Of a stretch of DNA of 64,000 nucleotides, positions 1 through 8,833 are shown one piece after another. The first letter of the stretch is position 1; each line of letters begins with the position of its first letter. The notes under the pieces are model-generated. The model ran no database searches. It was not told where the DNA came from and saw only the letters and a program-made list of their open reading frames with translations. A program made the translations under genes and the position numbers. The stretch is from an uncultured Planctomycetales bacterium (lineage in GTDB: Bacteria; Omnitrophota; Gorgyraeia; Zapsychrales; JBDRMG01): positions 213,196-277,195 of the forward strand of contig CAYZIY010000001.1 of assembly GCA_964478715.1 (NCBI GenBank), written 5' to 3'.

Positions 1-25
1 TAAAGAGGAGGATGAGGATTAGCTT

Positions 26-490
26 ATGCAGAAGAAAAAAGAAATTTTGATTATTGACGACGAGCAAGAATTGTGCGAACTGATCAAAGAGGTTTTAGAG
101 CAGACCGATCTTTATCAGGTGAGATGGGTTGGTGACGGAAAGACGGGCTTGAGAAAAATTCAAGAGGATCATCCGGATTTGGTTCTTTTGGATCTGGTCA
201 TGCCGGAAATGAAAGGGGATTATCTGCTTAAAAAAATGCAGGAGAATGCGAATACCAAAAATATTCCTGTTATTATTATTAGCGGTTTGGGCGATGTCCA
301 TTTGGCTCCCAGCTGGAAAAAGGGCCAGACATTTGAAGAAAGAGACCAGGATATCAAGGAGTCAAAACTTTATCCTTCTCTGGCCGATGTTTACGGTGTA
401 AAATATTATCTGCCTAAACCATTTGGCCAAAGAGCCCTTGTTGATCTGGTTGAGAAAATATTCAATCGGCAGTCCAGCGAAGCAGCGTGA
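26..490 (+). CDS. Single-domain response regulator (REC) with an insertion after beta4
   Basis: ILIIDDE, LVLLDLVMP phospho-Asp, KPF; GGAGG upstream. Confidence 0.9.
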   Translation: MQKKKEILIIDDEQELCELIKEVLEQTDLYQVRWVGDGKTGLRKIQEDHPDLVLLDLVMPEMKGDYLLKKMQENANTKNIPVIIISGLGDVHLAPSWKKGQTFEERDQDIKESKLYPSLADVYGVKYYLPKPFGQRALVDLVEKIFNRQSSEAA

Positions 491-499
491 AGGTGAGTC

Positions 500-1393
500 G
501 TGAAGAAGAAAATATTATTAGCCGAAGATGAAGAGGACTTACGGATTTTGCTTTCAGAGAAACTGGAAGCGGCCGGATATGAGGTCCACGCGGCCGCCGA
601 CGGTGAACAGGCCCTTCAAATGGCCCGAGAAATCAAGCCCGATTTGATCATTTCCGATGTGGTGATGCCCAAAATGGACGGTAACCAGCTTTATAAAGAA
701 CTGCGCAAGCAGGACTTCGGCCGCGATATTCCCTTTCTGGTTCTTACCGCTCGGGCGAAAATGAGGGATTATTTTGAGCTAATGCATGTGGATGACTTCT
801 TGGAAAAGCCGGTTACAGGCAAAGAACTGGTGGAGAAAGTCAAAAACGCTTTAGGCACAGAGGACGCATCTCCTCAGGCGGTTACGCGTAAAAAGCCGGG
901 CCGTTCCGATAAAAAGGATGGAGAAATTGTTGTCAATGACGATATCCCCGATTATGTGGAGAAAGTTCTTGATGCGGAAATGGCTTCTAAATCGGAAGGC
1001 GTCTTGGATTTAAAGGATAAAGAAAGAAAAAAGAATGGCAAGACCAAGAAAATTCTGTTTGTTGAGAGTGAGGTGCCTGTTTATCTCGAACTGCAGGAAT
1101 TACTGCATAAAAGAGGCATCGACAGCGAGGTTGTTTGTTCGGCTGGTGACTGCCTGAAGAAAGCGAAAGAGTATTCTCCGGATCTCATTATAGCCAAATA
1201 TGTTTTGTGCGGAATCGGGACTGATCAATTAATCGAAAGTATCCGGGCTATCGATGGCATGGCCGAAACCCCGGTGATTATCTACAGCGATATTGCTCAG
1301 ATTAAAAGAGATCAAAAGAAAAATACGACGCAAGTGATTATGACTCCCGAAGGCCTGGAGCTTTTGCGTAAAATCAGCGAGATTTTGGGTTAA
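500..1393 (+). CDS. Response regulator with a REC domain, linker and degenerate second REC domain
   Basis: N-term LLAEDE...IISDVVMP...KP; second domain ILFVESE...DLIIAK lacks the phospho-Asp. Confidence 0.85.
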   Translation: MKKKILLAEDEEDLRILLSEKLEAAGYEVHAAADGEQALQMAREIKPDLIISDVVMPKMDGNQLYKELRKQDFGRDIPFLVLTARAKMRDYFELMHVDDFLEKPVTGKELVEKVKNALGTEDASPQAVTRKKPGRSDKKDGEIVVNDDIPDYVEKVLDAEMASKSEGVLDLKDKERKKNGKTKKILFVESEVPVYLELQELLHKRGIDSEVVCSAGDCLKKAKEYSPDLIIAKYVLCGIGTDQLIESIRAIDGMAETPVIIYSDIAQIKRDQKKNTTQVIMTPEGLELLRKISEILG

Positions 1394-1417
1394 TTACCCA
1401 CGGAAAAATTCCTGAAA

Positions 1418-2155
1418 ATGTCCACGATTTTTACTCTCCTGAAGGCTGCCTGTCTGATCCCGTTCTGGGCGGCAATCCTTGCTTTTATTCCCAGCGTGAT
1501 TTATGTCATCATCGAGGAATCCAAAAGGGAAAATCAGCCCAACGAAGATGATTATTCCGAAAATGTTTTTATTATCCGCCGGGAACCCTATTTGCGGAAA
1601 GTCGAGAAATCTTTACTTCAAACAATCGGAGTGATTTATCTGGTCTGTCTTTCGATTTCTGCCGCAACATATTTGGTCAATTTTCTTATTGAGCAAAATA
1701 CGCATTTTAAGCCGCTAGATGTTTTTTCTAGCTTTTCCATCATTTTGTTTTGGATCGCGATTTTGACTTATATTCCTGTGGCCTTCACCTTTATTATCAA
1801 GCAGCCTCATCTTTATCGGAGACGGTACAAGCATGATATTGACCGCCTGCGGGTCATTTTTTATGTTTATGGTTTTGCGATCATGAACTTTTCGTTTATT
1901 TACGCGTATCTGTGGCTCAAAGAACGCGGCCTGGTGATTGAAATAACTCAGTTGCTTTTTGCTTTAGGCATTGTGGCGGCCTGTTCTTTGGCGGTGTCTT
2001 ATGTGCCGATTGTGTTGTATATGATCAGCAGAGAAATTCAGAAAAAGAGAGAAGCGGTTTCTCTTAATGTGGTCTTTGCGATCTACAGCCTGAGTTTTCT
2101 GATTTTCTCCGGCGCTTGCGTGCTCATCTGGGTGTCCGGCCATGTGCCCAGGTGA
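1418..2155 (+). CDS. Hypothetical 6-TM membrane protein with three internal helical-hairpin repeats
   Basis: Hydrophobic segments; repeats LAFIP/LTYIP/VSYVP. Confidence 0.75.
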   Translation: MSTIFTLLKAACLIPFWAAILAFIPSVIYVIIEESKRENQPNEDDYSENVFIIRREPYLRKVEKSLLQTIGVIYLVCLSISAATYLVNFLIEQNTHFKPLDVFSSFSIILFWIAILTYIPVAFTFIIKQPHLYRRRYKHDIDRLRVIFYVYGFAIMNFSFIYAYLWLKERGLVIEITQLLFALGIVAACSLAVSYVPIVLYMISREIQKKREAVSLNVVFAIYSLSFLIFSGACVLIWVSGHVPR

Positions 2156-2172
2156 TCCCTTCATCTGTTTTC

Positions 2173-2201
2173 TTGCCTCCTTAACTTATTTCTGTTAAAA
2201 C
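2173..2201 (+). promoter_or_regulatory. Sigma70-like promoter, leaderless-type
   Basis: TTGCCT-17-TAAAAC with extended TG; ATG follows after 7 nt; no SD. Confidence 0.45.
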
Positions 2202-2208
2202 AAAATGT

Positions 2209-4515
2209 ATGAGAAACGCGTGGTCTCTTCAAATCAAGCCGGGATCCATTGCCTATCTTTTGGGTTTTACGTCCATGGTCAGCCAGATTGTTTTTATGCG
2301 CGAGCTGATCATTGTTTTCTATGGCAATGAGCTGGCTTATGCGCTGATTCTCTCAAGCTGGCTCTTTTGGGTGGGCACAGGGAGTTTTCTCACCAGCCGC
2401 CTTTTGCCAAGATTGCAAGAAGACCAGCGTAAAGCGAGCGTTTTATTTTTGCTTTTTTCTGCCGGCATTTGCTGTTTGTTGCCGATGATGATCGCGATCG
2501 TGCGTTTTCTTCCGCGTTTAGTTGGCGTCAATATCACGCAGACCATGGGCTTAATTTCCATGGGGCTTACTTCGTTTATTTTGCTTTGTCCGCTGACTTT
2601 GATCCTGGGATCTGTATTTGCCTTTCTTTGTTATTATTCTCTGAAGATCAAAAGAAAAGATGCGGCCTCTATCGGCCGGATCTATCGCTGGGAAGCCAAA
2701 GGGGCGGCGGTGGGCGGGCTTGTTTTTTCCTTTCTTTTGATTCATTTGTTTTCGACTCTTGAAATTGTTTTTCTTCTGACGGTGATCAATAGCGGATTTC
2801 TGATTGCTTTAAACCACTCCAGGCGAGTTTTGCTTTGGGGAATAGTTTTCTTAAGCATTGTTTTGATTGCTTTACTAATAAGCGGCGCTCTTAAGACTCT
2901 GGATGACTGGCTGCGCAAAAAACAGTGGGAGCCGCTCTCTGTTGTGGAGGTTCAAGATTCCATCTATGGCAATATTGTATTAACAAAAGAAAATGGGCAG
3001 TACAGTCTCTATGAAAACGGCAGGCATGTGAGCTCTACCGGCGATGAACTCTCCGCCGAAGAGAGCGTTCATTACGCGCTTTTGTCTCATCCTCAGCCCA
3101 GAGAAGTTCTTTTGATCGGAGGCGGATTAACCGGTGCAGTCGAACAAATCCTCAAACATCCGATCCAGCGACTTGACTATATCGAGCTGGATCCAAAGGT
3201 GATTCAAATGGCTTTCAACCATTTCCCGAAAGGTATGGTCCGGCCGCTTAAAGACAAGCGGGTTCAGATCAAAACCATGGACGCGCGCCTTTTCGTGAAG
3301 CAGACGCAGAAGCGTTATGATGTGATCATTGTCAATCTTTCCGATCCGCAGACTGCTTTGGTCAACAGATATTATACGCGGGAGTTTTTTCGGGAAGCGG
3401 CCCGTCTTCTTGAGCCTCAAGGAATGATCTCCTTGGGGGTTTCCTCATCCGAGAATTATCTCAATACCGAGACCCGACGGTTTCTGCGTTCTATTCATGC
3501 TACCCTGCGATCTGTTTTTGCGCAGGTGATCTCGATTCCCGGAGATACCCATTATTTTATTGCCTCTTCCTCTGCAGATGTTCTTAGAGATGATCCCGCT
3601 GTTTTTATTGATCGTCTCAAGCAAAGAGAGATCAACACTCAATATGTCAATGCTGCCTATCTGCCTTTTAAGATGAGCGAGAACCGCCTGCGGCAAATCC
3701 GTGCGATTCTTAAAGGCAGAGGCGTGCTCAATACGGATTTACATCCGCGCACCTATTTGGAGGGGATGCTGTTATCTTCCCGGCGGTTGGGGTCTTCCTT
3801 CAGCAGCTTTCTCGATCATTTTCGTTTTCTTAATCTTGGACTTTTGCTGTTGATTCCTCTGGCGCTTTTTGTCTATGGATTTTGCACTCGGACCAAGTGG
3901 CCCACGCTGGCCGTGTCCACTTCGATTTTAACAACCGGATTTTCAGAAATCATTTTTCAGATTATCGTGATTTTTGCTTTTCAAAGTCTTTATGGATTTG
4001 CTTACTATCGGATCGGTTTGATCATGGCGTCCTTTATGGTGGGGCTGGTGATGGGCGGGTTTCTGGCTGAGCGTCTGATCGCAAGAAAATCGGCGCAGAT
4101 TTTCCGATATTATAAATTCTTGCAGGCCGCTATTTGTTTTTATCCTTTGATTTTACCGTCTGTCTATTTGCTTTTTCATGATATAACGGTCAGCCGGAAT
4201 GTCTTTTTGCTTTCGGGAGTGTTCGCTTTTTTGCCTGTTATCGCCGGCTTGATCGGGGGCTGTCAATATCCTTTGGCGACTTTTATTTGCTCGCATCAGA
4301 ATGAAAAGAGAAGTCGCAGAAGAGCCGATGCGGCCGGTAGGCTGTATGCCCTGGATACCTGGGGAGCGACCCTTGGGGCTTTGCTGACAGCGGTGATTTT
4401 AATTCCGATCTTAGGGATTATCCGGGTTTGCCTGCTGGCGGCGGCGATCAATCTGTCTGTCTATCTGCTTTTGGCGGTGATGCCTTATCCGGCCAGATCA
4501 CCGGAGCGTTTGTAG
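2209..4515 (+). CDS. Membrane-fused spermidine-synthase-like (SAM-binding) protein
   Basis: Multi-TM N and C regions around DSIYG, LLIGGG, YIELDP, DARLFV, YTREFF motifs. Confidence 0.85.
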   Translation: MRNAWSLQIKPGSIAYLLGFTSMVSQIVFMRELIIVFYGNELAYALILSSWLFWVGTGSFLTSRLLPRLQEDQRKASVLFLLFSAGICCLLPMMIAIVRFLPRLVGVNITQTMGLISMGLTSFILLCPLTLILGSVFAFLCYYSLKIKRKDAASIGRIYRWEAKGAAVGGLVFSFLLIHLFSTLEIVFLLTVINSGFLIALNHSRRVLLWGIVFLSIVLIALLISGALKTLDDWLRKKQWEPLSVVEVQDSIYGNIVLTKENGQYSLYENGRHVSSTGDELSAEESVHYALLSHPQPREVLLIGGGLTGAVEQILKHPIQRLDYIELDPKVIQMAFNHFPKGMVRPLKDKRVQIKTMDARLFVKQTQKRYDVIIVNLSDPQTALVNRYYTREFFREAARLLEPQGMISLGVSSSENYLNTETRRFLRSIHATLRSVFAQVISIPGDTHYFIASSSADVLRDDPAVFIDRLKQREINTQYVNAAYLPFKMSENRLRQIRAILKGRGVLNTDLHPRTYLEGMLLSSRRLGSSFSSFLDHFRFLNLGLLLLIPLALFVYGFCTRTKWPTLAVSTSILTTGFSEIIFQIIVIFAFQSLYGFAYYRIGLIMASFMVGLVMGGFLAERLIARKSAQIFRYYKFLQAAICFYPLILPSVYLLFHDITVSRNVFLLSGVFAFLPVIAGLIGGCQYPLATFICSHQNEKRSRRRADAAGRLYALDTWGATLGALLTAVILIPILGIIRVCLLAAAINLSVYLLLAVMPYPARSPERL

Positions 4516-4658
4516 AAACGGGCTTCTTTTCGTCGTCTCTGATTGTTTGGTGCTTGAAAGACACGAAAGAAAGACGGCAATCGCGCGACAATAAGCAGAG
4601 AAAGAAAGAAGCTTACTCTTTTTAAGAAATCCCGTCGATTGATTCTTGAATCCTGCAT
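4485..4658 (-). CDS. Unannotated 57-aa twin-arginine (Tat) signal micro-protein ending in an AmrS-like EARFY motif
   Basis: Manual translation MQDSRINRRDFLKRVSFFLSLLIVARLPSFFRVFQAPNNQRRRKEARFYKRSGDLAG*; AAGGAGG SD at 4668-4674; follows the amrS stop. Confidence 0.85.
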   Translation of the reverse strand: MQDSRINRRDFLKRVSFFLSLLIVARLPSFFRVFQAPNNQRRRKEARFYKRSGDLAG

Positions 4659-4681
4659 TTGATTTTTCCTCCTTTAAATCC

Positions 4682-5656
4682 TTAGGGCCACAGGCCCGGA
4701 ATATTGTTTTGGCAGAATCCGCAGCGGCCCTGGGTAATATGGTTTTCCATAATTCGGTAACCCTGCCGGCGGATGATAATTTTTCCGCACTGCGGGCAAT
4801 AGGTGTGATTGCCCGGATGGCCGGAAACATTACCAACATAAACAAAATGAATGCCCTGACTTTTAGCGATATCATAAGCCCGATTGAGAGTCGCAACCGG
4901 GGTTGGCGGAATATTTCTCAGCTGGTAGACCGGCCAGAAGCGGGAAAAGTGAAGCGGCGTTTCCGTCCCGCAGTTGGCTTTGACCCAGCGGCATAAATCC
5001 CCGATATCTTTCTCGCTGTCATTGAGCGTGGGGATAACCAGATTGGTGAGTTCGATCCACAGGCCTTGCTTCTTCATCGTTAGGATAGCTTCCTGGACCG
5101 GGCGAAGTTTCAAATCACAGATGTCCCGGTAGTAATCTTCACGGATTGATTTCAAATCGACATTGACCGCATGGGTTACCGAGCAGAGCTCGATGAGAGG
5201 TTTTTCTTCGATTGAACCGGCTGTCACCAGGACATTGTAAAGTCCGGCTTCTTTGGCGATCTTCGAAGTATCATAGGTGTATTCATAAAAGATGATCGGG
5301 TCTGTATAGGTATAAGCGATACTGCGGCATTGATTCGCTTTGGCCTGCCGCACAACATCCCCGGGGGGAAGATCAAAATTGTGTGTCTCTTCCGGAGGTC
5401 TTTGAGAGATCTGCCAGTTCTGGCAGAATTTGCAGTGACCGTTACATCCGGCGGTGGCAATCGAAAAAGCGCTGGTTGCCGGAAGAACATGATAAAGAGG
5501 TTTCTTCTCGATCGGATCTATATGCACCGCGCAGGGTTTGCCGTAAACAAGACTGTAAAGTTTTCCGTCGATATTGAGGCGCACGCGGCAGTCGCCGCGT
5601 GCGCCGTTGGTTAAACGGCAGTGTTTAGGACATAATTGGCATTCCACCATACTCAT
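4682..5656 (-). CDS. amrS: AmmeMemoRadiSam system radical SAM enzyme (N-terminally short)
   Basis: CQLCPKHC, DPIEKKPLYH, GCNGHCKFCQNWQISQ, PLHFSRFWP, YVGNV, C-terminal CPQC/CGFC. Confidence 0.92.
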   Translation of the reverse strand: MSMVECQLCPKHCRLTNGARGDCRVRLNIDGKLYSLVYGKPCAVHIDPIEKKPLYHVLPATSAFSIATAGCNGHCKFCQNWQISQRPPEETHNFDLPPGDVVRQAKANQCRSIAYTYTDPIIFYEYTYDTSKIAKEAGLYNVLVTAGSIEEKPLIELCSVTHAVNVDLKSIREDYYRDICDLKLRPVQEAILTMKKQGLWIELTNLVIPTLNDSEKDIGDLCRWVKANCGTETPLHFSRFWPVYQLRNIPPTPVATLNRAYDIAKSQGIHFVYVGNVSGHPGNHTYCPQCGKIIIRRQGYRIMENHITQGRCGFCQNNIPGLWP

Positions 5657-5883
5657 GGGCTGATGTTTTTAAAATAGCGGGCCGGATGGAGTTTCAGGCC
5701 GGCTTCAGATAATTTTTCTTTTATTTTGTCCACCCGATCGGCAGGTTTCGGAATTTGCGCAGAAACTTTCTGATATATAGACTCATTTTGTTCCGTCTGT
5801 CTGAGGTTTTGGTGAATCAAGGCTCCCAGAAGCGCACAGACAAAGAAGATAAGAAGAATGAATATTTTATCCTGTTTATTCAT
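5653..5883 (-). CDS. 76-aa single-TM protein ending in an AmrS N-terminal-like motif (LHPARYFK)
   Basis: N-terminal TM helix; overlaps the upstream gene; ATGA overlap with amrS. Confidence 0.75.
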   Translation of the reverse strand: MNKQDKIFILLIFFVCALLGALIHQNLRQTEQNESIYQKVSAQIPKPADRVDKIKEKLSEAGLKLHPARYFKNISP

Positions 5884-7078
5884 CGAGACAGTCTCTTGAT
5901 TGAACGGTATTTTTCTTCCGCTGTTTAATCCCTCCGATGATTGAACACAACGCTCCCACCGGACAAAAATAACAGCACCAAAAACGGTATTTAAATAAGG
6001 AAATGAGAATAAGCAGGCCCAAAAATAAAAGACCCAGCCAGGTCAATCGGGATCCAAAAAGAAGCACGTAAGGTTCAAAAATAATCGCCTGAGTATTGCC
6101 GAGGATAAAGGCGATCAGCAAACTGGCAAAAAGAACAAGAAAGCGGATATTTCTTAAAAAATCTATTTTACTAGTCGGTTGCAGGCGTTTGATTTTGATT
6201 TTTCTTGCGAACGACCAGGTTATTTCCTGGATACCCCCGAAGGGACATAAGGATCGACAGTAAATATTACGATAGAAAAGGACGCTTAAGAGCGCTAAAC
6301 CGATAATCATAAAAATAAGAGGAAACACGGCCAGGGAAGGTCCTTTTCGCATGGTCAAATTGGCCACGTGAATAATCGAAAACATGGTTTGGGTCAGGAA
6401 ACCGAAGTAAAAGAGGCCGGCTATAATGGCTATCCAGCGCAGCCACTTATTTTTCAAAAAGCTGGCGATAAAAGCAACCACAAAAAGAATAAGAGGAAAA
6501 AAGATCTGGTCCACAGGCCATGCATTTTTCTGATCATTAATGAATTCTCCCTGGAAACTTCCGATCTGGACACTGAGCGCGATGAGGCTTTCTTTCAGCG
6601 TATTTAAGACGGCCTGCGAAGTGACGGTGGCTCCGCTGATGCCGTCAACATCTTCTCCTAAACGGCTTAATGGATTGACGCCTTGATCGACGAGTCGATT
6701 GACATAGCCCTGCAGATCATCCATATAACCGGGTGTCTCCTGATGGGAGAGGACGCGAATACGGGTGACATTTAGCTGAGGGTCTGTCACGACCAGCATC
6801 TCGATCGCTCCGGTATAGCCGATGATATGTTTAGCGAGTTCTGATGTGAGAAAGGCATAAGCCGAAGGTTCTGGTGCTTGAGAAGAAGAGGAATCAAAAA
6901 TTTTATAATAACTGCGGGCGGCTTGGACTCTCTCAATTCGTTGGTTGCCGGAAAGCATGCGGCTGAGTTCTTGCTCGATATCGCTTTGCTGTTTTAAAGC
7001 GGGCGCTTTAAAATACTGCAAGAAAACAAAACCACACAGCGTGATTAGCAGAATGAAGAGCGTATAATTTTTACGCAT
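5876..7078 (-). CDS. FMN-binding domain plus NapH/NosR-like 4Fe-4S membrane protein
   Basis: GYTG, HQETPGY, flavinylation motif DGISGATVTS, YCRSLCPFG and FWCCYFCPVG. Confidence 0.85.
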   Translation of the reverse strand: MRKNYTLFILLITLCGFVFLQYFKAPALKQQSDIEQELSRMLSGNQRIERVQAARSYYKIFDSSSSQAPEPSAYAFLTSELAKHIIGYTGAIEMLVVTDPQLNVTRIRVLSHQETPGYMDDLQGYVNRLVDQGVNPLSRLGEDVDGISGATVTSQAVLNTLKESLIALSVQIGSFQGEFINDQKNAWPVDQIFFPLILFVVAFIASFLKNKWLRWIAIIAGLFYFGFLTQTMFSIIHVANLTMRKGPSLAVFPLIFMIIGLALLSVLFYRNIYCRSLCPFGGIQEITWSFARKIKIKRLQPTSKIDFLRNIRFLVLFASLLIAFILGNTQAIIFEPYVLLFGSRLTWLGLLFLGLLILISLFKYRFWCCYFCPVGALCSIIGGIKQRKKNTVQSRDCLDE

Positions 7079-7164
7079 CGCACCCCCTTTCTTCTATTGT
7101 ACTTCCACATAAAGACGAATTCAATATTTGGGACAAAAAGTTATCGATCCGGCCAAGCTTTTAA

Positions 7165-7193
7165 TTGACAAAGGGTCTGTTTCTCTGTAAGAT
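7165..7193 (+). promoter_or_regulatory. Sigma70 promoter
   Basis: TTGACA-17-TAAGAT. Confidence 0.6.
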
Positions 7194-7275
7194 TTTCTCT
7201 GTGCTGCCCGTAAGAAAGGGCGGTTAAAGCCCTCTATAAAGATCCGCGAATTTCAATTTATACGAAAGGATCAAC

Positions 7276-7758
7276 GTGCAACAGCAGATTTTCAATATGA
7301 CATCGGTTCTTCTTTTATTGGCCAGTGTCATCTCACCCATTGTTCTTTGCCTTATTCTCATAAAAATTTTTTCAAAAAAAGGAAACGCCTCGCTATATAG
7401 GGAGGAGAAAGAAATCCTTAAGGAAGATAATGTGAAGGTCTACGATAAAAAATACGGGAAAACATTGTTCGAGCAGGTTACGGTAACGGATCAAAGAATC
7501 ATCGAAAGAGACGATGAAAAGAAAATTGTTATGATTTTTCACTGCGGCGATAAGAAGAAAGATCGAAATTCCGCTACTGAAATCTGGGTTTCAAAAAAAG
7601 ATGATATAGTTGTCATGTGGGATGAGGCGGGTAAGCAGTATCTGAATGTGGATTATCGCGATCAGACAGGAACACCCCAGCCGCCGCGCTGTTATTATTT
7701 CAAGCAAAGTAAGAGATTGGTTGAAGTTTTCGGAGAAAAAAGAAAAACATGGTACTAA
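7276..7758 (+). CDS. Hypothetical single-TM protein
   Basis: ORF with AAGGA SD and N-terminal TM helix. Confidence 0.65.
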   Translation: MQQQIFNMTSVLLLLASVISPIVLCLILIKIFSKKGNASLYREEKEILKEDNVKVYDKKYGKTLFEQVTVTDQRIIERDDEKKIVMIFHCGDKKKDRNSATEIWVSKKDDIVVMWDEAGKQYLNVDYRDQTGTPQPPRCYYFKQSKRLVEVFGEKRKTWY

Positions 7759-7774
7759 ATAAAGGGGAATTGTG

Positions 7775-8020
7775 ATGAAAATTAGTTTTTTGCTATTGGC
7801 AGGACTTATCAGTCTTGGCGGATGTTCAAGAGCGCAGAAAATTGCGCCAGCCAAACCCATCGAGGAGATGAATATCAAAGAGTGCCGCCAAAAAGCCGAA
7901 GAGTTGCGCGAGCGCAACATGAAGCTCCAGCTGGATCAGCAAGCCCTGTTGGCGGAGAAAAACAAGAAAATCAAGGAACTCAAAAAGAAGCTGGAAATGT
8001 TCGGCGTTTTTGAAAAATAA
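7775..8020 (+). CDS. Small coiled-coil lipoprotein
   Basis: Lipobox LGGC; heptad-like C-terminus. Confidence 0.7.
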   Translation: MKISFLLLAGLISLGGCSRAQKIAPAKPIEEMNIKECRQKAEELRERNMKLQLDQQALLAEKNKKIKELKKKLEMFGVFEK

Positions 8021-8025
8021 GGCCC

Positions 8026-8808
8026 ATGACTCATTCCTCTGATGCGGGGACAATAGAGAAAGAGGCTCACCGGTTTTTAGTCGAAGAAAACCTTTCGGAG
8101 GCTTTTCGTTTATTCCAGAGGGCCGGTCGGCTTTATCGGTTTGAGAACAATCCCAAGCAGGCGTCTTTGTGTTTTGCTTCGGCCGCCAGCTGCTGGAGCC
8201 AAAAATGCGGAGAGAAGACATTTTTCAATGCGGCCCAATCTTATGAAAGCGCGGCGTGTCAGGCGATCAAGGCCGGTGACTATGAATATGCCGGACTTTT
8301 GTACCGTCAGGCAGCTATCAATTATGAAAGAGACGGAGAATTTTTGCATTTTTCGAAAAGTTTTTATCATTCCAAAGAATGCACCCGGATATTTCTGACC
8401 TGCCGGATTTTTTGTCCTCAAAAAATCAATGCTATTGTCGGAAGCCGGCTAGAGGAAGGGTGGCTGAATTTGGTGAAGGCCTTTGGGGCATGGATTCTAT
8501 TGAGCCTTTCCAGCATGATATGGGGTTACGGGGAGCGTCCGGAGAGAACAATCTTGGCCGCCGCAGGAATTGTTGTGGCGGCGGCGGCCCTCTATGCCAC
8601 CGGCCTTTTAAACGACGGTAACGGTTGTGTTTGTCCCGGATTCTTTCAGTCTCTTTATTACAGCGCGGTGACATTTACAACGCTTGGTTATGGAGACATT
8701 GTTCCCTGCGGGTTGAACAAGGCGGTTGCCATGATCGAGGCCTTTTGCGGAATATTCATTATTCCTTTATTTATTATCGGACTCTCTAGAAAATATTTGA
8801 GAGTCTAA
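8026..8808 (+). CDS. Potassium channel family protein with N-terminal TPR/SNAP-like helical repeats
   Basis: Pore YYSAVTFTTLGYGD; WGYGERP; Ala-rich helical repeats. Confidence 0.8.
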   Translation: MTHSSDAGTIEKEAHRFLVEENLSEAFRLFQRAGRLYRFENNPKQASLCFASAASCWSQKCGEKTFFNAAQSYESAACQAIKAGDYEYAGLLYRQAAINYERDGEFLHFSKSFYHSKECTRIFLTCRIFCPQKINAIVGSRLEEGWLNLVKAFGAWILLSLSSMIWGYGERPERTILAAAGIVVAAAALYATGLLNDGNGCVCPGFFQSLYYSAVTFTTLGYGDIVPCGLNKAVAMIEAFCGIFIIPLFIIGLSRKYLRV

Positions 8809-8833
8809 TGATTTTAATCAGAAAGGAAATTTT

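Noticed and set aside
4498-4996. ORF-track ORFs 4498-4896 (-) and 4646-4996 (+)
   Set aside because: Shadow frames of amrS; the SD-supported ORF here is 4485-4658 (-)
5653-5655. Selenocysteine readthrough of the TGA joining the TM peptide to AmrS
   Set aside because: AmrS is in a different frame, so readthrough would not fuse them
7200-7275. Leader hairpins (GCTGCCC/GGGCGGT, GATCC/GGATC) as a riboswitch
   Set aside because: No recognisable aptamer consensus; stems are short
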